Assembly (NCBI RefSeq): GCF_001194135.2
Contig: NC_069010.1
Span: forward strand, 2,419,946-2,483,945
DNA length: 64,000 bases
Origin: Octopus bimaculoides
Taxonomy: Eukaryota
Direction of reading: 5' to 3'
The position numbers and the translations under genes are program-made. The stretch's first letter is position 1; each line of letters opens with the position of its first letter. Under the pieces are notes generated by a model. It was not told the origin of the DNA, did not search any database, and saw only the letters and a program-made list of their open reading frames with translations. Shown piece after piece: positions 25,001 to 39,080 of the stretch.

Positions 25001-28000
25001 AAATCGTCCAACCCATGCTAGCATGGAAAGCGGACGTTAAATGATGATGTGTATTTAGGATGCATTTTCAAATCAAATATGTCCTTCCTTCTTAAGATTT
25101 TATAAAGTAGATTGTTAGTGGTTATTTGAGACTGTCTCTTTGGTTCTTGTTGGCAGTACTTGTTTGATCCTAGTCAATTCTGATTTGAGTAGCTTTATGA
25201 TCAAAAACCTTTTGTACATTTTAATTAGACACACTATTCAATGTATTGGCAAACTATGATAAACATTCTGACTGTGACCATTCTGTCTTATTCAGACATT
25301 GTAGCTAGGTCACATTATGCAGTATATCCCCTTTTTTAACATTGTAGAGTATAAATTAAGGTAGATTTGGCTGTTACTTCTAATAGTTTTAAGTAGTCAG
25401 TGTAAATAAGTTACATGTTCTCGTTGGCTTGTAAATGTTCCCTTTAATTTTTCCTAACAACTGAATGGAACCTTCAGTGATTTGAGCAAAAGTATTTCAA
25501 ATCCTAGGCATTCAAACTTTTATGCACTTTAGCAAGCATATGCTTGTAAATTTAAATGAGTGATAACATTTGAAGTGCGCAGCACCAATATAGTCACTTT
25601 TAGGCTGTGCATCCATATGGCTTGGATAACATGTTGCTTGCAGTTTATTTATAATTGAGTAGGTAACTTGAGAAAATGCTTTTAACTGCTCACACACTAT
25701 CATCATTATCATTTAATGTCTATATTCTATACTAGCAATGAGTTGGGCAGTTTAACAGGATCTGATGAGCCAGAGGGCTGCACTGAGCAAGGTTTCTGTG
25801 GTTGGATATCCTTCCTAATGCCAACTATTTTACAGAGTATACTGGCTGCTTTTTTCTTGTCACTTGCTTAAGTGAGGTTGCCAAGTAACTTGCAAGAAGA
25901 CAAGACCCCCATTGATTGTGTGGGAACGGAGCAGTGTTGAAAGAGGTGGGCCAAGAAGCTGTCTGTAGGACCCTTGTCATCTTTACAGATGACTTGTATG
26001 GTGAAAAGTTGCACACTGTTAGCCATACTTGTTCATGACCATCTTCAATCCATGGCAAGACTAGGTCAAGATGATTGGAGAAGGAGATGGATGCAGTGAG
26101 TGACCAAGATGTTTTATTTGCCTCATCTTGCTATCTGCACTCCACAATGTGTTGCTGCAGCTGCCTTCCCTTCCATTGAGCCATGAAGGTTTCTTTTGCA
26201 GAATCCACTGGATCTAGTCTTCATGTGTGTAGATAGACAAGCCCTAATATACTAATGAACACATAGCTGGGACACAAGCAGGAAAAGCGGAAAGTGTAGT
26301 GGAGAATAAGTATCAGGGTGCACATTCTCAGGAAGGTGGATAAAGAGAAAATTGGGACTGAGAATCAAAGATGGCTTAGTGGGTAGGGTTGCAAGTGTGT
26401 AAAAGGAGATTTGAACATGGATGGAAGATGGACAATGGTGAACCTCTGGAAGAATTTGACAAGTAGGGGTGTATCATGGAGGAGTATGTAATTGGTAATG
26501 AATAAATAAAAAAGTTACAGATATATATAGGCGCAGGAGTGGCTGTGTGGTAAGTAGCTTGCTTACCAACCACATGGTGCCGGGTTCAGTCCCACTGCGT
26601 GGCACCTTGGGCAANNNNNNNNNNNNNNNNNNNNNNNNNNNNNNNNNNNNNNNNNNNNNNNNNNNNNNNNNNNNNNNNNNNNNNNNNNNNNNNNNNNNNN
26701 NNNNNNNNNNNNNNNNNNNNNNNNNNNNNNNNNNNNNNNNNNNNNNNNNNNNNNNNNNNNNNNNNNNNNNNNNNNNNNNNNNNNNNNNNNNNNNNNNNNN
26801 NNNNNNNNNNNNNNNNNNNNNNNNNNNNNNNNNNNNNNNNNNNNNNNNNNNNNNNNNNNNNNNNNNNNNNNNNNNNNNNNNNNNNNNNNNNNNNNNNNNN
26901 NNNNNNNNNNNNNNNNNNNNNNNNNNNNNNNNNNNNNNNNNNNNNNNNNNNNNNNNNNNNNNNNNNNNNNNNNNNNNNNNNNNNNNNNNNNNNNNNNNNN
27001 NNNNNNNNNNNNNNNNNNNNNNNNNNNNNNNNNNNNNNNNNNNNNNNNNNNNNNNNNNNNNNNNNNNNNNNNNNNNNNNNNNNNNNNNNNNNNNNNNNNN
27101 NNNNNNNNNNNNNNNNNNNNNNNNNNNNNNNNNNNNNNNNNNNNNNNNNNNNNNNNNNNNNNNNNNNNTTTAACGTCCGCTTTCCATGCTAGCATGGGTT
27201 GGACGATTTGACTGAGGACTGGTGAAACCGGATGGTAACATAGCCTCCAATCTGATTTGGCAGAGTTTCTACAGCTGGATGCCCTTCCTAACGCCAACCA
27301 CTCAGAGAGTGTAGTGGGTGCTTTTACGTGTCACCTGCACGAAGGCCAGTCAGGCGGTACTGGCAATGGCCACGCTCAAAATGGTGTATTTTATGTGCCA
27401 CCCGCACAAGAGCCAGTCCAGGGGCACTGGCAACGATCTCACTCGAAAATCCCTACACATGTCACGGGCACAAGTGCCAGAAAGGCAACGCTGGGCGCCA
27501 TCCCGATTTTGCTACTCGCTTGCCCCAATAAGTCTTTGTAAGCTGATAAGTCTTTCGACGTTGTAAACTAGATTATTTTTTAAAAATCATTGAGATATAT
27601 GGGACAAGTATATAAAGCATTCATATTATTGGAAATATGTGAAATAGGCAAAGGAATCTTTGATTGTGTGAGGAGTAGGGGACATTTTTTTTGTGCCGAC
27701 ATATAGTTTATTCATGTGTGAACTGTATAGCTACATAGCTAAATGAATAATTTCAATAACCGGATTGGATTAGTTTTATTGAAACAAGACAAATGTTCAC
27801 TACCGTATGAGGTGGTGTTTGTCATCTTTTGTTAAGGTTTTAATGTTACTTGTATATTAATTTAAACATTTAGCTTTTAGATTACTGTGTCAAATGAATA
27901 AATAATGTATTATCTTGTAGCTTCAAGATTTCGATGATGTGATTATTTATTTTGAGAATGACATTGTAAGGTATGTGTAAGATGGTGAATCTATCCATTT

Positions 28001-29564
28001 TGAACATAAAACAGGTAAAATATTTTGCCCTCATATGGCTGGTTTAAATGCCAAAGGATTAAAGTAGCTCTTTGTCAGCCTTGATCACAGAGCCATCTAT
28101 TTTTCAGATATAGTACAACTCATTGCATTACACAATGTGACCTTCCTCTTTTAATATTATACAATTACATTTGAGGGAATTTGGCTGTGATTTCTAGTAG
28201 TTTGATAAACCACCTAGAGATTATCCTTTTAGGAGTGAAGAATAACAAAAAAGAATATCCAGCTATGATCACCCCATTGCTTTTTCAGACACAATACACT
28301 TTGTTACATTATCCAATGCAACCTTTTAATATGGTAGGGTTACATTTGAAGGAGATTTGGCTGCTATTTCATGCGGATTGATAAATCATGTAGAGGTTCT
28401 TTTGTTCGGGATGAGGGACAGCTTTTTAATGAGATTTGAAATGTTTTTCTGCTTTCATTATTTAAATTTTAATGTTTCTTTCCAATTAGTATTTTTATGT
28501 AGGTGAGTTGCTTGACAACCCAGATGGAGTAAGACATAGGACCACATAGAGGGCTCAATTGTAATTAAATGGTTTACGTTAAGGATGGGGTAGTGGTGAA
28601 ACTTCCTTACACAGCGTGATATCGATTGATAATTGAAGCCATTTCATTTCACCTATGCTTCAAAAACATAATATTTGTCTAAAATATTGTTTATTACAAC
28701 TTCAACATTGTTAATGGGTGTTTTTGTAGATAGAGAAGAAATTTATGACTATTTGCCAGTTTGTGTGTAGTTTATTGATGTATAAAGTGGGATTTTGACC
28801 TTGATATATGTAGATTAGGAGGGTTGGCTTAAACTGCAGCTTCATTTCATCTGGCACGCTGACTTTATTGAATATGTTGCATACAAAGTTTTTGTTTTCT
28901 TTATTCTTGGTTAGTGAATAATAAAGTTGAGTATTGAAAGAGAGAGAAAATGTCTCCTTTCTGTGATGACTTCAAATTATCATCATTGTTTTTGTTTGCA
29001 TTTCCATGCTCAGATGGGTTGGACAGAATTTACTGAGGTAAACTTTCTATAGCTCTTGTTATTGCCGCACCTTAGTTCTTTCCAAGTGAGGCAGTATTTC
29101 TCCATGGCCAGGTATATTTTCATGGAAGATTGGAAACAGACATCGCTTGTACTCCACCCGTACTCATTTATAAGTCTTTAGTGAAGTTGAGACAGGGTAA
29201 TGACAACATATACACATAACTAGCTTTTTCCAGTTTCTGCCTACCAAAACCTTGAAGCCCTCACTCCTCAGTGACCTCTGGTATGATTTTCTTCAGAACC
29301 AGATCCACTGGTGACCTTATTGTATGTCACTCACTAGTGAGCTCTTACTTCAGATAAGTTTTGTGAAAGTAGTAGTGTTGTTGTTGTATTCCCCAGGGTT
29401 TAATTTTGTTCCTATTCTTTTCTTTCTATATATCAATGACTTGCTACTGTATCCAACAATTCCCATTCTCACACAGTTAATGTAACCGTTTCTTTCCAAT
29501 TTTACCCTGCCATGTCTTATCCACATACAGCCTTGACATATCAAACCAAATTTACATTGATTCC

Positions 29565-30040
29565 ATAAATGGAGATCTTGAAAATATCTTTCACTGGAGC
29601 TTTGCTAACCTGATTCTAACAACGAAACAGCTCAAGCACTACTCATATTAAAACTCCATCACATCACACCACCACTAAATATGAGTTTGCAGTTGGTCCA
29701 AAAGCTAGGTTTCACTATATTTGAGGATTTCTTGTGGTAAAAGCACATCCTTATCACAGGACTGCATCCCAAAGACTGGCCTTTCTCTTGAGGATTAGAA
29801 AATATTTTGACTTCCAACAGATGCTAACATTCTACAAGGTTCAAGTGAGGCTCACAATGGTGTCCTGTTCACACATTTCGGACAGTGCTACTGCTATGCA
29901 CACAGACATTTCTGGACTGCCTTCAGAGAAGGGTTACTTGATTGACTGACATTCAGTCACTAATGGATATACTCAAGTCTCTGGCCCATAAGTGTGCTAT
30001 CGTGTCTGAGTTGGTACACAGTAGGTTAAACTCCTTGGCT
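29565..30040 (+). mobile_element. Decayed CR1/L2-type LINE, RT C-terminal fragment
   Basis: Translates to INGDLENIFHWSFANL and ASQRLAFLLRIRKYFDFQQMLTFYKVQVRLTMVSCSHI, resembling the CR1/L2 RT C-terminal pattern (..LYKAQVRP.MEYC..IW), with stops and frameshifts. Confidence 0.75.
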
Positions 30041-32114
30041 ACTATAGACTATTGCCCTATTGGTACTCTTTTTGACCACTGGTACTCTTTTTTGGTACTT
30101 GACCACTGGTACTCTTTTTGTTCTTTTATTAGTTTCAGTCATTGATTTGTGTTCATGTTCGGATATCACAATTTTAAGTGTTTTACTTGATTTATGGCAA
30201 TTCCTATATTTTTTGTTTGTACCCATTTTATTAATTGTTATTAACTACTTAATTCTGCTATTCTCTGAAGTTATGCACAAACATGACAGGCTTCTGTACA
30301 GTTTCTGGGTACTAAATGTCAGCACAAGGATTTGAACCCTTGAGAGAAGACACTCCAAAGTACAGAGAGATTGAATGGGAAACCTCATGGCTGCGAAGTT
30401 AACCACTTTTAATTGACAATTTATTTTTAAATCGTTGTAATATTGATTACTTTTTCCACAAAATTTATTGTTGGCAACAGTAGATGTTTACATATCTGTA
30501 GGGTTTGTTTTCCTGTAAAATCCCATGAATATGGAGAAGTTCATTGCCAGATGACACCAGTTTTGCCAACAGCTTATTTTTTAGCTGTTGCTGTTGTTTC
30601 TGTAGTTCATCATCATTAATTTAACCTTAGGAAAGTTTTATTATTTATGTTTAAATACACTGCTTTGGATTCAATTATTAAAGCTGGTATTTGTAGCATA
30701 TGTTCATGCTGATATATAACATGACATTTTGATGGTTTAAATTTAGATTACTTTAAACCAGGAAGTTTGTATTTTAGAAGCAGGGTTAGGCTCAGGTGAG
30801 TTGGAATCAAAAAAGTTAAAGGGACTAGCTGTAGTCTCAAGCAAGGTGGTATTAAATGAAACTTAGTAGTTTTATTATACAGCTTTTCCCCTTACCATCC
30901 CTAACAACAAACATTTCTGTGGTTGGATATGTTTTTGTGGCTGATTGCAAAAACAGTGGTTTGTTTTTATGCAGACATTTTCAAGACAGTCGGTTAACAT
31001 GCACAGTGGACTTTCTACATTTTCTACCTACAAGTTCTTATAAGGCATTGGTCAGTCTCAGGCAAAACAGAAGGCCCCTCTTCACACTGCAATAGAAACA
31101 CCTGAAACCATGTGGTTGTGATTATGGTTATGATTATTAACACTTATTTTGCTAATGAAATTTTGCCTGCCATTAGTATCATTTGATGTCTGTTTTATGT
31201 TGGGTTGGACTAGTCTTCTCCAAGTAAGGCATCTCTCCACTTGTTGCTGTCTTTTCTGACCTCCTTTGTGGAGTTCAGCATCTTTAAGTCAGTCAGCTTT
31301 CCCCACTTCTTTGGTTTTCCTCTTTGCTTTTGTCCCCCCCCCCCTTTTTTTTTTCTGTATTGGCCAGCTGTCATATATATATTACATGTCTGTTACCAGC
31401 ACATCTAATTTCTTTTGTGTGTGTGTGTTCCAATGAATTTTGAACTCTGTCTGAACGAAATACTGCAAAGTGACTAGCTTGAATTGTGCCAAAGGTTGTT
31501 GTAATTGTAGACCCACCCATCCAATAATTTGAATTTAAAAATAATTATAAATGAGGCGAATAAAATGACTGAAATAGGATTCAACTTTCTTTTTTAATAT
31601 TTCTATTGAATAACATAGCTTTTATTTTACTTAATGTTGAAAATAAGGAATTCAGTAAAATAACCTTGTCATTATTAAGTTGGTGTTTGGAACATATTTT
31701 AACATGAAATTTTGGAAGGTGTATTTTTCTTTAATTTGTATCACTTTAAAAACAGGAACTTTATATCTTAAAACCAAGGTGTCAAAAAGTTTATGATATG
31801 TAATAGAAGGATTTGGAAACTGTCATATGGCTAAAATATTTCTATTTGAACAGAAATTAACATGAAATTTTCAGTTCACTTTAAAATTGGAATTTTACTT
31901 CATAGAAGTAGAGTCAGTATTAGGTGATGGTGATTAATTTTGGGGAAAACAATTTAGTTAGAAATCTTATAATTCTGCCATTGCTCCCCATCTTCTTTCT
32001 CCCCACCCCTCTCACCTCTTTCTGTCTCATATGCCAACTTTATTGTTAGAAATCTTAACTAATTTCTGTTTTTTCTTTTCTATTTCAGCTTGAAAAATAT
32101 TGCAATAAGCAGTG

Positions 32115-32168
32115 ATGGCCGACGATTTTGATGTTGAAGCTATGCTGGAAGCTCCTTATAGGAAAGAA
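32115..32168 (+). CDS. RBM39: RBM39/Caper first coding exon (exon 32089-32168), MADDFDVEAMLEAPYRKE
   Basis: Acceptor ttttcttttctatttcag ends at 32088, there is an in-frame upstream TAA (32106-32108), ATG is at 32115 and the donor is GAA|gtaagc (phase 0). The peptide matches the RBM39/RBM23/Caper N-terminus (human RBM39 MADDIDIEAMLEAPYKK). Confidence 0.93.
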
Positions 32169-32799
32169 GTAAGCATAATAATAATAATAATAATATCAAA
32201 GTAACGTTATATGTTAAAGCATACAGCTTGATGGCAGAAACTTAAAACTACTTAAACAACAGGATATCCTTTCAAATAATGTCACAATTTTATTTTTTTA
32301 TTAAGTAAATGTGTGCTCCAAAATCTACCTACCCAGCCTATAACGTATACATACACATGCACACCCATGAAGTTTGTCATTGAAAAATTAAAATTCGACC
32401 TTCTTATCAGATGGTGGTGAGGGTTGGGTGGAAGTTGGTAGGGTCAGTATTGAATGTTCTGCACTACTTAACATTTTAATGATTTACTGGTCCAAATATC
32501 TCGGTTTTATGATGTGCAACTAGTAACTTAAGCCTATTCATTTTATAGTTTCCCTCTGCCCCACTAACTTTGAGGTCCCTTTATTTAGCATGTGTTGATA
32601 GTGTTTTTGTTGAGAGATCTTGTGATGACTCCCTTGGCTCAATTATTCATTGGTCTCTGTCACCTCATTCTGGGTGGATTTCAGCCCAGCTGTAGTAAAT
32701 TACAAAATAACACAGTTGCTTGTTACCCAATAATAATCTGCTGTTGTTTACAGCTGTGAACTGTACCTCCTTAGGGTACTTGTTTACAATTAGATAAAC

Positions 32800-33182
32800 T
32801 TAAATTCAAATTACGACAAACGTAAATAAACAAACGAAGTTTGCTTTTAGAAGCGTTGAGATGTCTTAGAAAGTTAAAGAAGTGATTTTTTAAATTCTCA
32901 ATCGCAGAATAATGCTAATAATATAGCCTGAACAGGATAAACTACCCCTATTTTGCAGAGAAAAGTATAGATGGCTAGCTGTGGACATGAACTCGCATCC
33001 CCGTGATTACGTGTCACGATGCTTTGACCGATTAAGCTAAACTACCCACTACAAATTCCTCTGCAAATTTAAGCTATATAAATCTCGCTTTATGAGACGC
33101 TCTCATATGTTAAATTCAAATTACGACAAACATAAATAAACAAACGAAGTTTGCTTTTAGAAGCGTTGAGATGTCTTAGAAA
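32800..33182. repeat. 73-bp direct repeats (32800-32872 and 33110-33182, 1 mismatch) flanking the tRNA-like cassette
   Basis: Directly visible; spacing is 310 bp. Confidence 0.9.
32972..33046 (-). pseudogene. Degenerate tRNA-Thr(CGU)-like sequence
   Basis: The minus strand folds as a cloverleaf remnant: acceptor GGTAGTT/AGCTAGC (6 of 7 pairs), D stem GCTT/AAGC, anticodon stem CGTGA/TCACG with loop CACGTAA. The T arm is broken and U33 is lost, so it is unlikely to be functional. Confidence 0.7.
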
Positions 33183-34357
33183 CTTAATTGTTGAATATTA
33201 GGGTATCTTTGCAGTGAATACTGTTGGTGTTGGAACACGATCTGTAGACATTCTTTGACTAATAAACCTGCAGTACACTAGGCTAGCATACCATTTGAAC
33301 TAGGAATTCTTTAAAAATGTTCAGTCACACTTGAAGTTGTTTGTGTATGATAGTAGGATGTACTTAGTGTCTTAGTTGAACCTACAAGATCCATACATAC
33401 ATATACACTAGTTATAACTGTCTAAATGTCTTTATATTTACCAACTTCCTCTATTAATTTGCCAAAACTTTGAAATACTTTGGTCCTGTTTGAATATTTG
33501 TTGATAAAAAAAAAAAATCAATATCTGAGAATAATAGTTTTCCTCACTAGCTCCCTCTTCCACTCCAATGTTACCTCTGTTGATTGCTATCCTCTGAGCA
33601 ATAGCCATGTATTAGTATTTCACATTTCAATTCTCAGATTCTAGATGTTCGTGCTTACTGAAAATATTAAATATCTGTTTGTGTGTGTGTATGTATGTAT
33701 GTATGTATAAAATCTCTTACTATACTCAATATTATATCATTGATATGAACATTAATGTCATAATAGTGCTCTAAATACATTGAGATAGAAATAATTAAAA
33801 TATGTATGCAGTTGAACACCTAAAGAGCTTCTTTTTTTTTATCCCTAGTACTCTGGATAATATTCTGAAAGTGTTACGGCACACTATCAGCTTTTGTTAT
33901 ATAAATATAAAGATTCCCCTTTGGTATTAATACTGCTTGTGTCACTATTTTTCTTTCTAATAAGCCTGTTGGCCTTTGGCAATGTCAGTGCCTAAAAAAA
34001 TACTGAAGTTCTATAGTTGACACTGAGATTCAGCTGTTATACAAACCACTGCTGAAGAGACTAGGTAGGCTGAAATCACATGATCTGGCAGTTCTGATGT
34101 GTGTAACAGATGATTCTTGTCTGCCAATGATATAAATATAAGTGCTTTTATGCACCAGGTGTCCAAGAGAAGTCTTCTCAGGGTAAACAATGCAGTATTT
34201 GGTGTTCTAACAAAATATCCACATAAAGTTGGATATCAAAATTGCCTTTTGGCATTAATACTGCTTCTGTCACTATTAATTACTGTATTACAATTGTTTT
34301 AAATCAGATGTGCACACCCATTGCATTTAGCTATAAAGGAATATGCATGCTCTAATG

Positions 34358-34504
34358 TAGTGGTTCCCCACCTTTTCACTATCAAGGACCCCTTTTATTT
34401 AAATGAGTTTTCCCATGGACCCCAGGATATTAAAAGGTCCGTCAGCTTAACATGTTCACGGACCCCCAGTACTACTTTTGTGGACCACAGGTTGGAAACC
34501 CCTG
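34358..34504. mobile_element. hAT (Charlie-like) MITE, 147 bp, with perfect 8-bp TSD CTCTAATG
   Basis: Imperfect TIRs tagtggttcccca / ttggaaacccctg; CTCTAATG at 34350-34357 and 34505-34512. Confidence 0.85.
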
Positions 34505-35457
34505 CTCTAATGTATGTGGGGCATTTGGACAAGTTTTCTAAATGTTCTGATATTTCTGACTTCTCTCAAAAGTTGGTGGCATACTTGCAGGCCATACAGA
34601 GCATCCATGACCTGCTAGAAATGTTATTTTTAGCAGGTTGTGTACTCTATAGAAATCTTCTCCGAGCATATGGTGGTTATAGTTATATTTATCTTCAAGG
34701 TCTGCCTTGACTGATCAGATGATGAGACTAATTTTTAATGAGAGTGTGAGGTAGGTCTGTCATGAGTCCTAGGACCCATAGGGCTGGAGTTTAACCAGGT
34801 TTCCATAATGTAAAAAGGTGTTTGAAATTACTAAACTCTCCCACTGAATGGGACACTGGTTTGTTGTAGAGTCAACTTCCCAGCTATTACTGGAACTCAT
34901 TTACAACTGAGTGGACTGGAGCAACATGAAATGAAGTGCTTTGCTCAAGAACACAATGCATTATTCGAGAATTGAACCACAATCTTATGATCATGAGTGC
35001 AATACCTTAACCACTGGGTCATGCACTTTCACAACAAGAGTGTGGGTGAGATGTAAAGGAAATTTGGTTGCTACTTCTAGCTAGTCAGAGAACCATGTAA
35101 TGGATTGGGTTAACTGATGAGTGGCCATGGTTTTTGAGAATTCAGTGAATTTATGTGTGATAGCAAACAGTTGGGATCCAAGACATGTGCCATCATACCA
35201 TTGTCTGATTTGTTCCACCCTGATCACTCAACCATAAGGTTAACTAAATTTATATACATTATTGCTTATCTTTTTTTGTGCCTTTTAGAGCCAGACACCA
35301 TAATGTATACTTAGGTCTCTTAACATGTATACTTGTAGTTCGTTATGTTGTTTGAGTGGATTCAGCTAAATGATTGTTTTTCTGGATGAACATAAATGGT
35401 TTCTGACACAGGTAGATTCCTCTGTTGCATTGTAGGTGAATATCTTCTATAGCCTCA

Positions 35458-35966
35458 TCATCATCATCGTTTAACGTCCGCTTTCCATGCTAGCATGGGT
35501 TAGATGATTTGACTGAGGACTGGTGAAACTGGATGGCAACACCAGGCTCCAATCTGATTTGGCAGAGTTTCTACAGCTGGATGCCCTTCCTAATGCCAAC
35601 CACTCAGAGAGTGTAGTGGGTGCTTTTACGTGTCACCCGCACGAAGGCCAGTCAGGCGGTACTGGCAACGGCCACACTCAAAATGGTGTATTTTATGTGC
35701 CACCCGCACAAGAGCCAGTCCAGGGGCACTGGCAACAACCTCGCTCGAAAGTCCTTACACATGCCGCGGGCACAAGTGCCAGAAAGGTGATGCTGGGCAC
35801 AGGTGACATCACAATTTCGCTTTCGCTTGCCCCAATAAGTCTTCGCAAGCTGAGTTTCGTGTCTAATGAAGGAGACGATGTTGGCATGGGTGCCAGTCGT
35901 CAAATTTAACTCGATTTCGATTTCACTTGCCTCAACAGGTCTTCGCAAGTGGAGTTTAGTGTCCAA
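35458..35966 (-). mobile_element. RTE-tail SINE (family B), ~510 bp, with 26-bp flanking direct repeat
   Basis: Tail tcatcatcgtttaacgtccgctttccatgc is at the left end. gtaggtgaatatcttctatagcctca is duplicated at 35432-35457 and 35967-35992. Confidence 0.9.
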
Positions 35967-36457
35967 GTAGGTGAATATCTTCTATAGCCTCAGGCTGACA
36001 AATATCATGTGCATGAAATTTAGTGAACAAAGGCTAATGTGGAAGTGTTTTGTGTATGATTTTAGTCTTTGGACCATGCACATGTACATACACACAGGCC
36101 TGAAACCTGTCTTTGTTTAAATATAGACACACCTTAATTAAATATTCAAATGACTGCAGTTACATTTTAACTGTATACAGCTTGTCTATTAATTAATGAA
36201 TACTAGCAGGATCTGTGAAAATTCTACAGTGCAAGTCTATATTTGAAAATATGTTATTGTACAAGCAAAGAATTTCAAAAAGTTGTTCTGATATCCTGCC
36301 CTTTAATCAAAACTGTACTTTAAAATATAACTGAAATAGACTTAAAAGGTATTGATTATTTTCCTTCTTTTAATATTTTGACAGATATTATGTACTTTTT
36401 AGTTTAAGGAAATAAAAGCTGAATTAAATTGATAAAACTTATTTGTATATTTGTATA

Positions 36458-36495
<38 letters not shown>

Positions 36496-37046
36496 GCTGC
36501 CCACCCAACACCAAAGCTCAGTTATTTACCAATTGAGATTATTTTCCTTTCTTTTCAGTTCAGTTCAGCTACATATCTACTTGTGTATTTATTAATGTAT
36601 GTCTCTATCTGTTGACATATCTGTAGACTCACCTGTGTGCTTACCTGTCTATCAAAAGAAAATGTAGATATGATAGTTATCTAACTAGCTCGTCAACTAT
36701 CCTATCTGCATTCTCTTCTGTATTTGTCTACTCTCATAATACCAATAAATATTTAAACTAAATAACACCAAAAAAAAAAAAAAAAAAAAAAGAAATGGTT
36801 ACACCTCAGCATTTGGTTAGGAACATGTAAAAGATAAATTTGTAACATCCACAGCTATTGGCTAAAGTTATTTCACTTTAACTATTTATCAATATATCTT
36901 GTGTGTGCGTAAATTAATAAATTTTCATGACATTGTTTTGCTATGTTAGACATTTTGACTGTACCTGCAATTTGAACACACAAATGTAGAATAATGGAAA
37001 CCTTCTCTTCTGTTTGTTTCTCTGTCTCAGTTTCCCCCCTCTCTCT

Positions 37047-37098
<52 letters not shown>

Positions 37099-39080
37099 TC
37101 CTTCTTTACATCAACATTGTTATATGTATAGCATTATTGTCATTTTATGTCTGCTTTACTTGCTTGTTATGAATTGCCTTATTCAAAGTTAGTGGGAGTC
37201 ATTTTGCCTTAACCGATGTTATCCAAGGGAGCGGTAAAGGCTGATACAGCTTGGCACCAGTGATGTCGCAACTCATTTCTACAGCTGAATGAACAAGAGC
37301 AATGTGAAATAAAATGTCTTGCTCGAGAACACAGCCCAGTCCATGAATTGAACTCACTACCTCATGATTGTGAGCCTGACACTCTAACCACTGAGCCATG
37401 CATCTTCACCCATTATACTAAGCCCACTTTATTTTCCTATTTTATCTGCCTTGAGCCCTATAGACCCATAAAGTTGGAACTTATTCAAGTTTACTGTGTT
37501 TAGGTTGAGTGTATAAGACTTTCCCTCAAACAGGACACTAGGCCTTCACAGGATTAAGTCCTTGGTGCCACTGGTACTCATTATCAGCTGAGTATAATAG
37601 TGTGTAATGAAGTGTCTTTGTTAAGTACACAATGCACCATCTTTCCAAGAATTGAACTCTTAACCTAATGATTGCGAGTTCAACACCCAAACTAGTAGGC
37701 CATACATTTTCATATTTTCTCTAGATAGCTTAAAATTAGAACTTATCATGGAAAAGCAAACAGCAGCTAAATTCATTTTCACATATATTACAGCTTAGTT
37801 TTCAATACAAAATAATAAATGCATAACAGTTACTATTTGTGTGTATTTCAGAATATTCCAGCCTCTGTTACAAATGCAGGAGGACAATGGGGATTTTTTT
37901 TGTTTTAAACTGCATTGGGTTTATGTTTATGAATCTTTTACATACATACATACATTTATATATATATATATATGAGAGAGAAAGAGAGAGAAATAATATA
38001 TGTATGTGCATTAATATCCAGATCATTTTAAATTGTTGAGTTGCTTGTGAGATCTTTGTAACCCTTTTGTTAACACATTTCTGTTGAAAAACAACCTTTG
38101 TTTCAATTAATTTTGGAACTAATGACAAATTTAGTAGACTATGCCATTGTTAAACTGGTATTGAAATTTTGATAGACAATTTTAGATCACTTTTAAATAA
38201 GGAATTTATAGAACAAAGGGCAGTTGTGTGTAGGTTAACATCAAAAGGATTAAATTGTTTTCAATGGAATCTAACCCGAGATAGTGTTGTTTAGTCCCAG
38301 ATCAGCATGAATTAGTAGTAATGTTGGTGAATGGCATTCTAACTGTGATATCCCATTCATTTTTGTATATCTACAACTATGTCTGCTATTTCTGGCAAGT
38401 TGAGTGATCACACAATGACTCTTGTTGAATTGTAATCTGTTTATTATAAAAAAAAAAAAAAAAAATTTTTTAAATGCTATGGAAGGAGCAAAATGATATA
38501 ATTGTTGGTGTTTCTGAAGTTACATTAACATGATTATACATAGAGTATGTCAACATAATGTATGTAACCTAGATAGTGTGTGTACACATACACAACTTTT
38601 TCTAACCAACAACTTTTTTTCCCTCCTTCACTCGCCCTCTTCTACCTAGCTCCCACCACCATCATAATCCAGGGCTTGCCATGTAAATATACAGAAACCT
38701 GTAGTCACATGTGGTAGGCGTGATGGGGGGTAAACTAAACCCTTGAGGGTGTCACTTCAACATGGCCACAGTCCAGTGACTGAAACCAGTAAAAGAATAA
38801 TCTCTCAAACATACATTGTTTTTCAGGGATGTAATGAACTTATATTGTTGACCCTTAGAAGGAGAAAAAAAATAAAATCTTAACTGTATCAGTGTTGGAA
38901 CTTCCAAGTGGGATATAAAATACTGCAAAGAATTAATTTCGTTTGTTTGTTGTATGATTTTGCTGGGTTGGATGTCGAGTAAGTTTTAATGGAAGCCAGT
39001 CTTTTTTTTATATATTTTATTATGGCTAAGAGGGCTTTCAAGATTGATGAGAAGAAGGGAATTGTTCATGGGAGGAAGGG

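Noticed and set aside
32972-33046. Functional tRNA-Thr gene
   Set aside because: The T stem is broken, the T loop and position 33 are non-canonical, and the acceptor stem has a mismatch.
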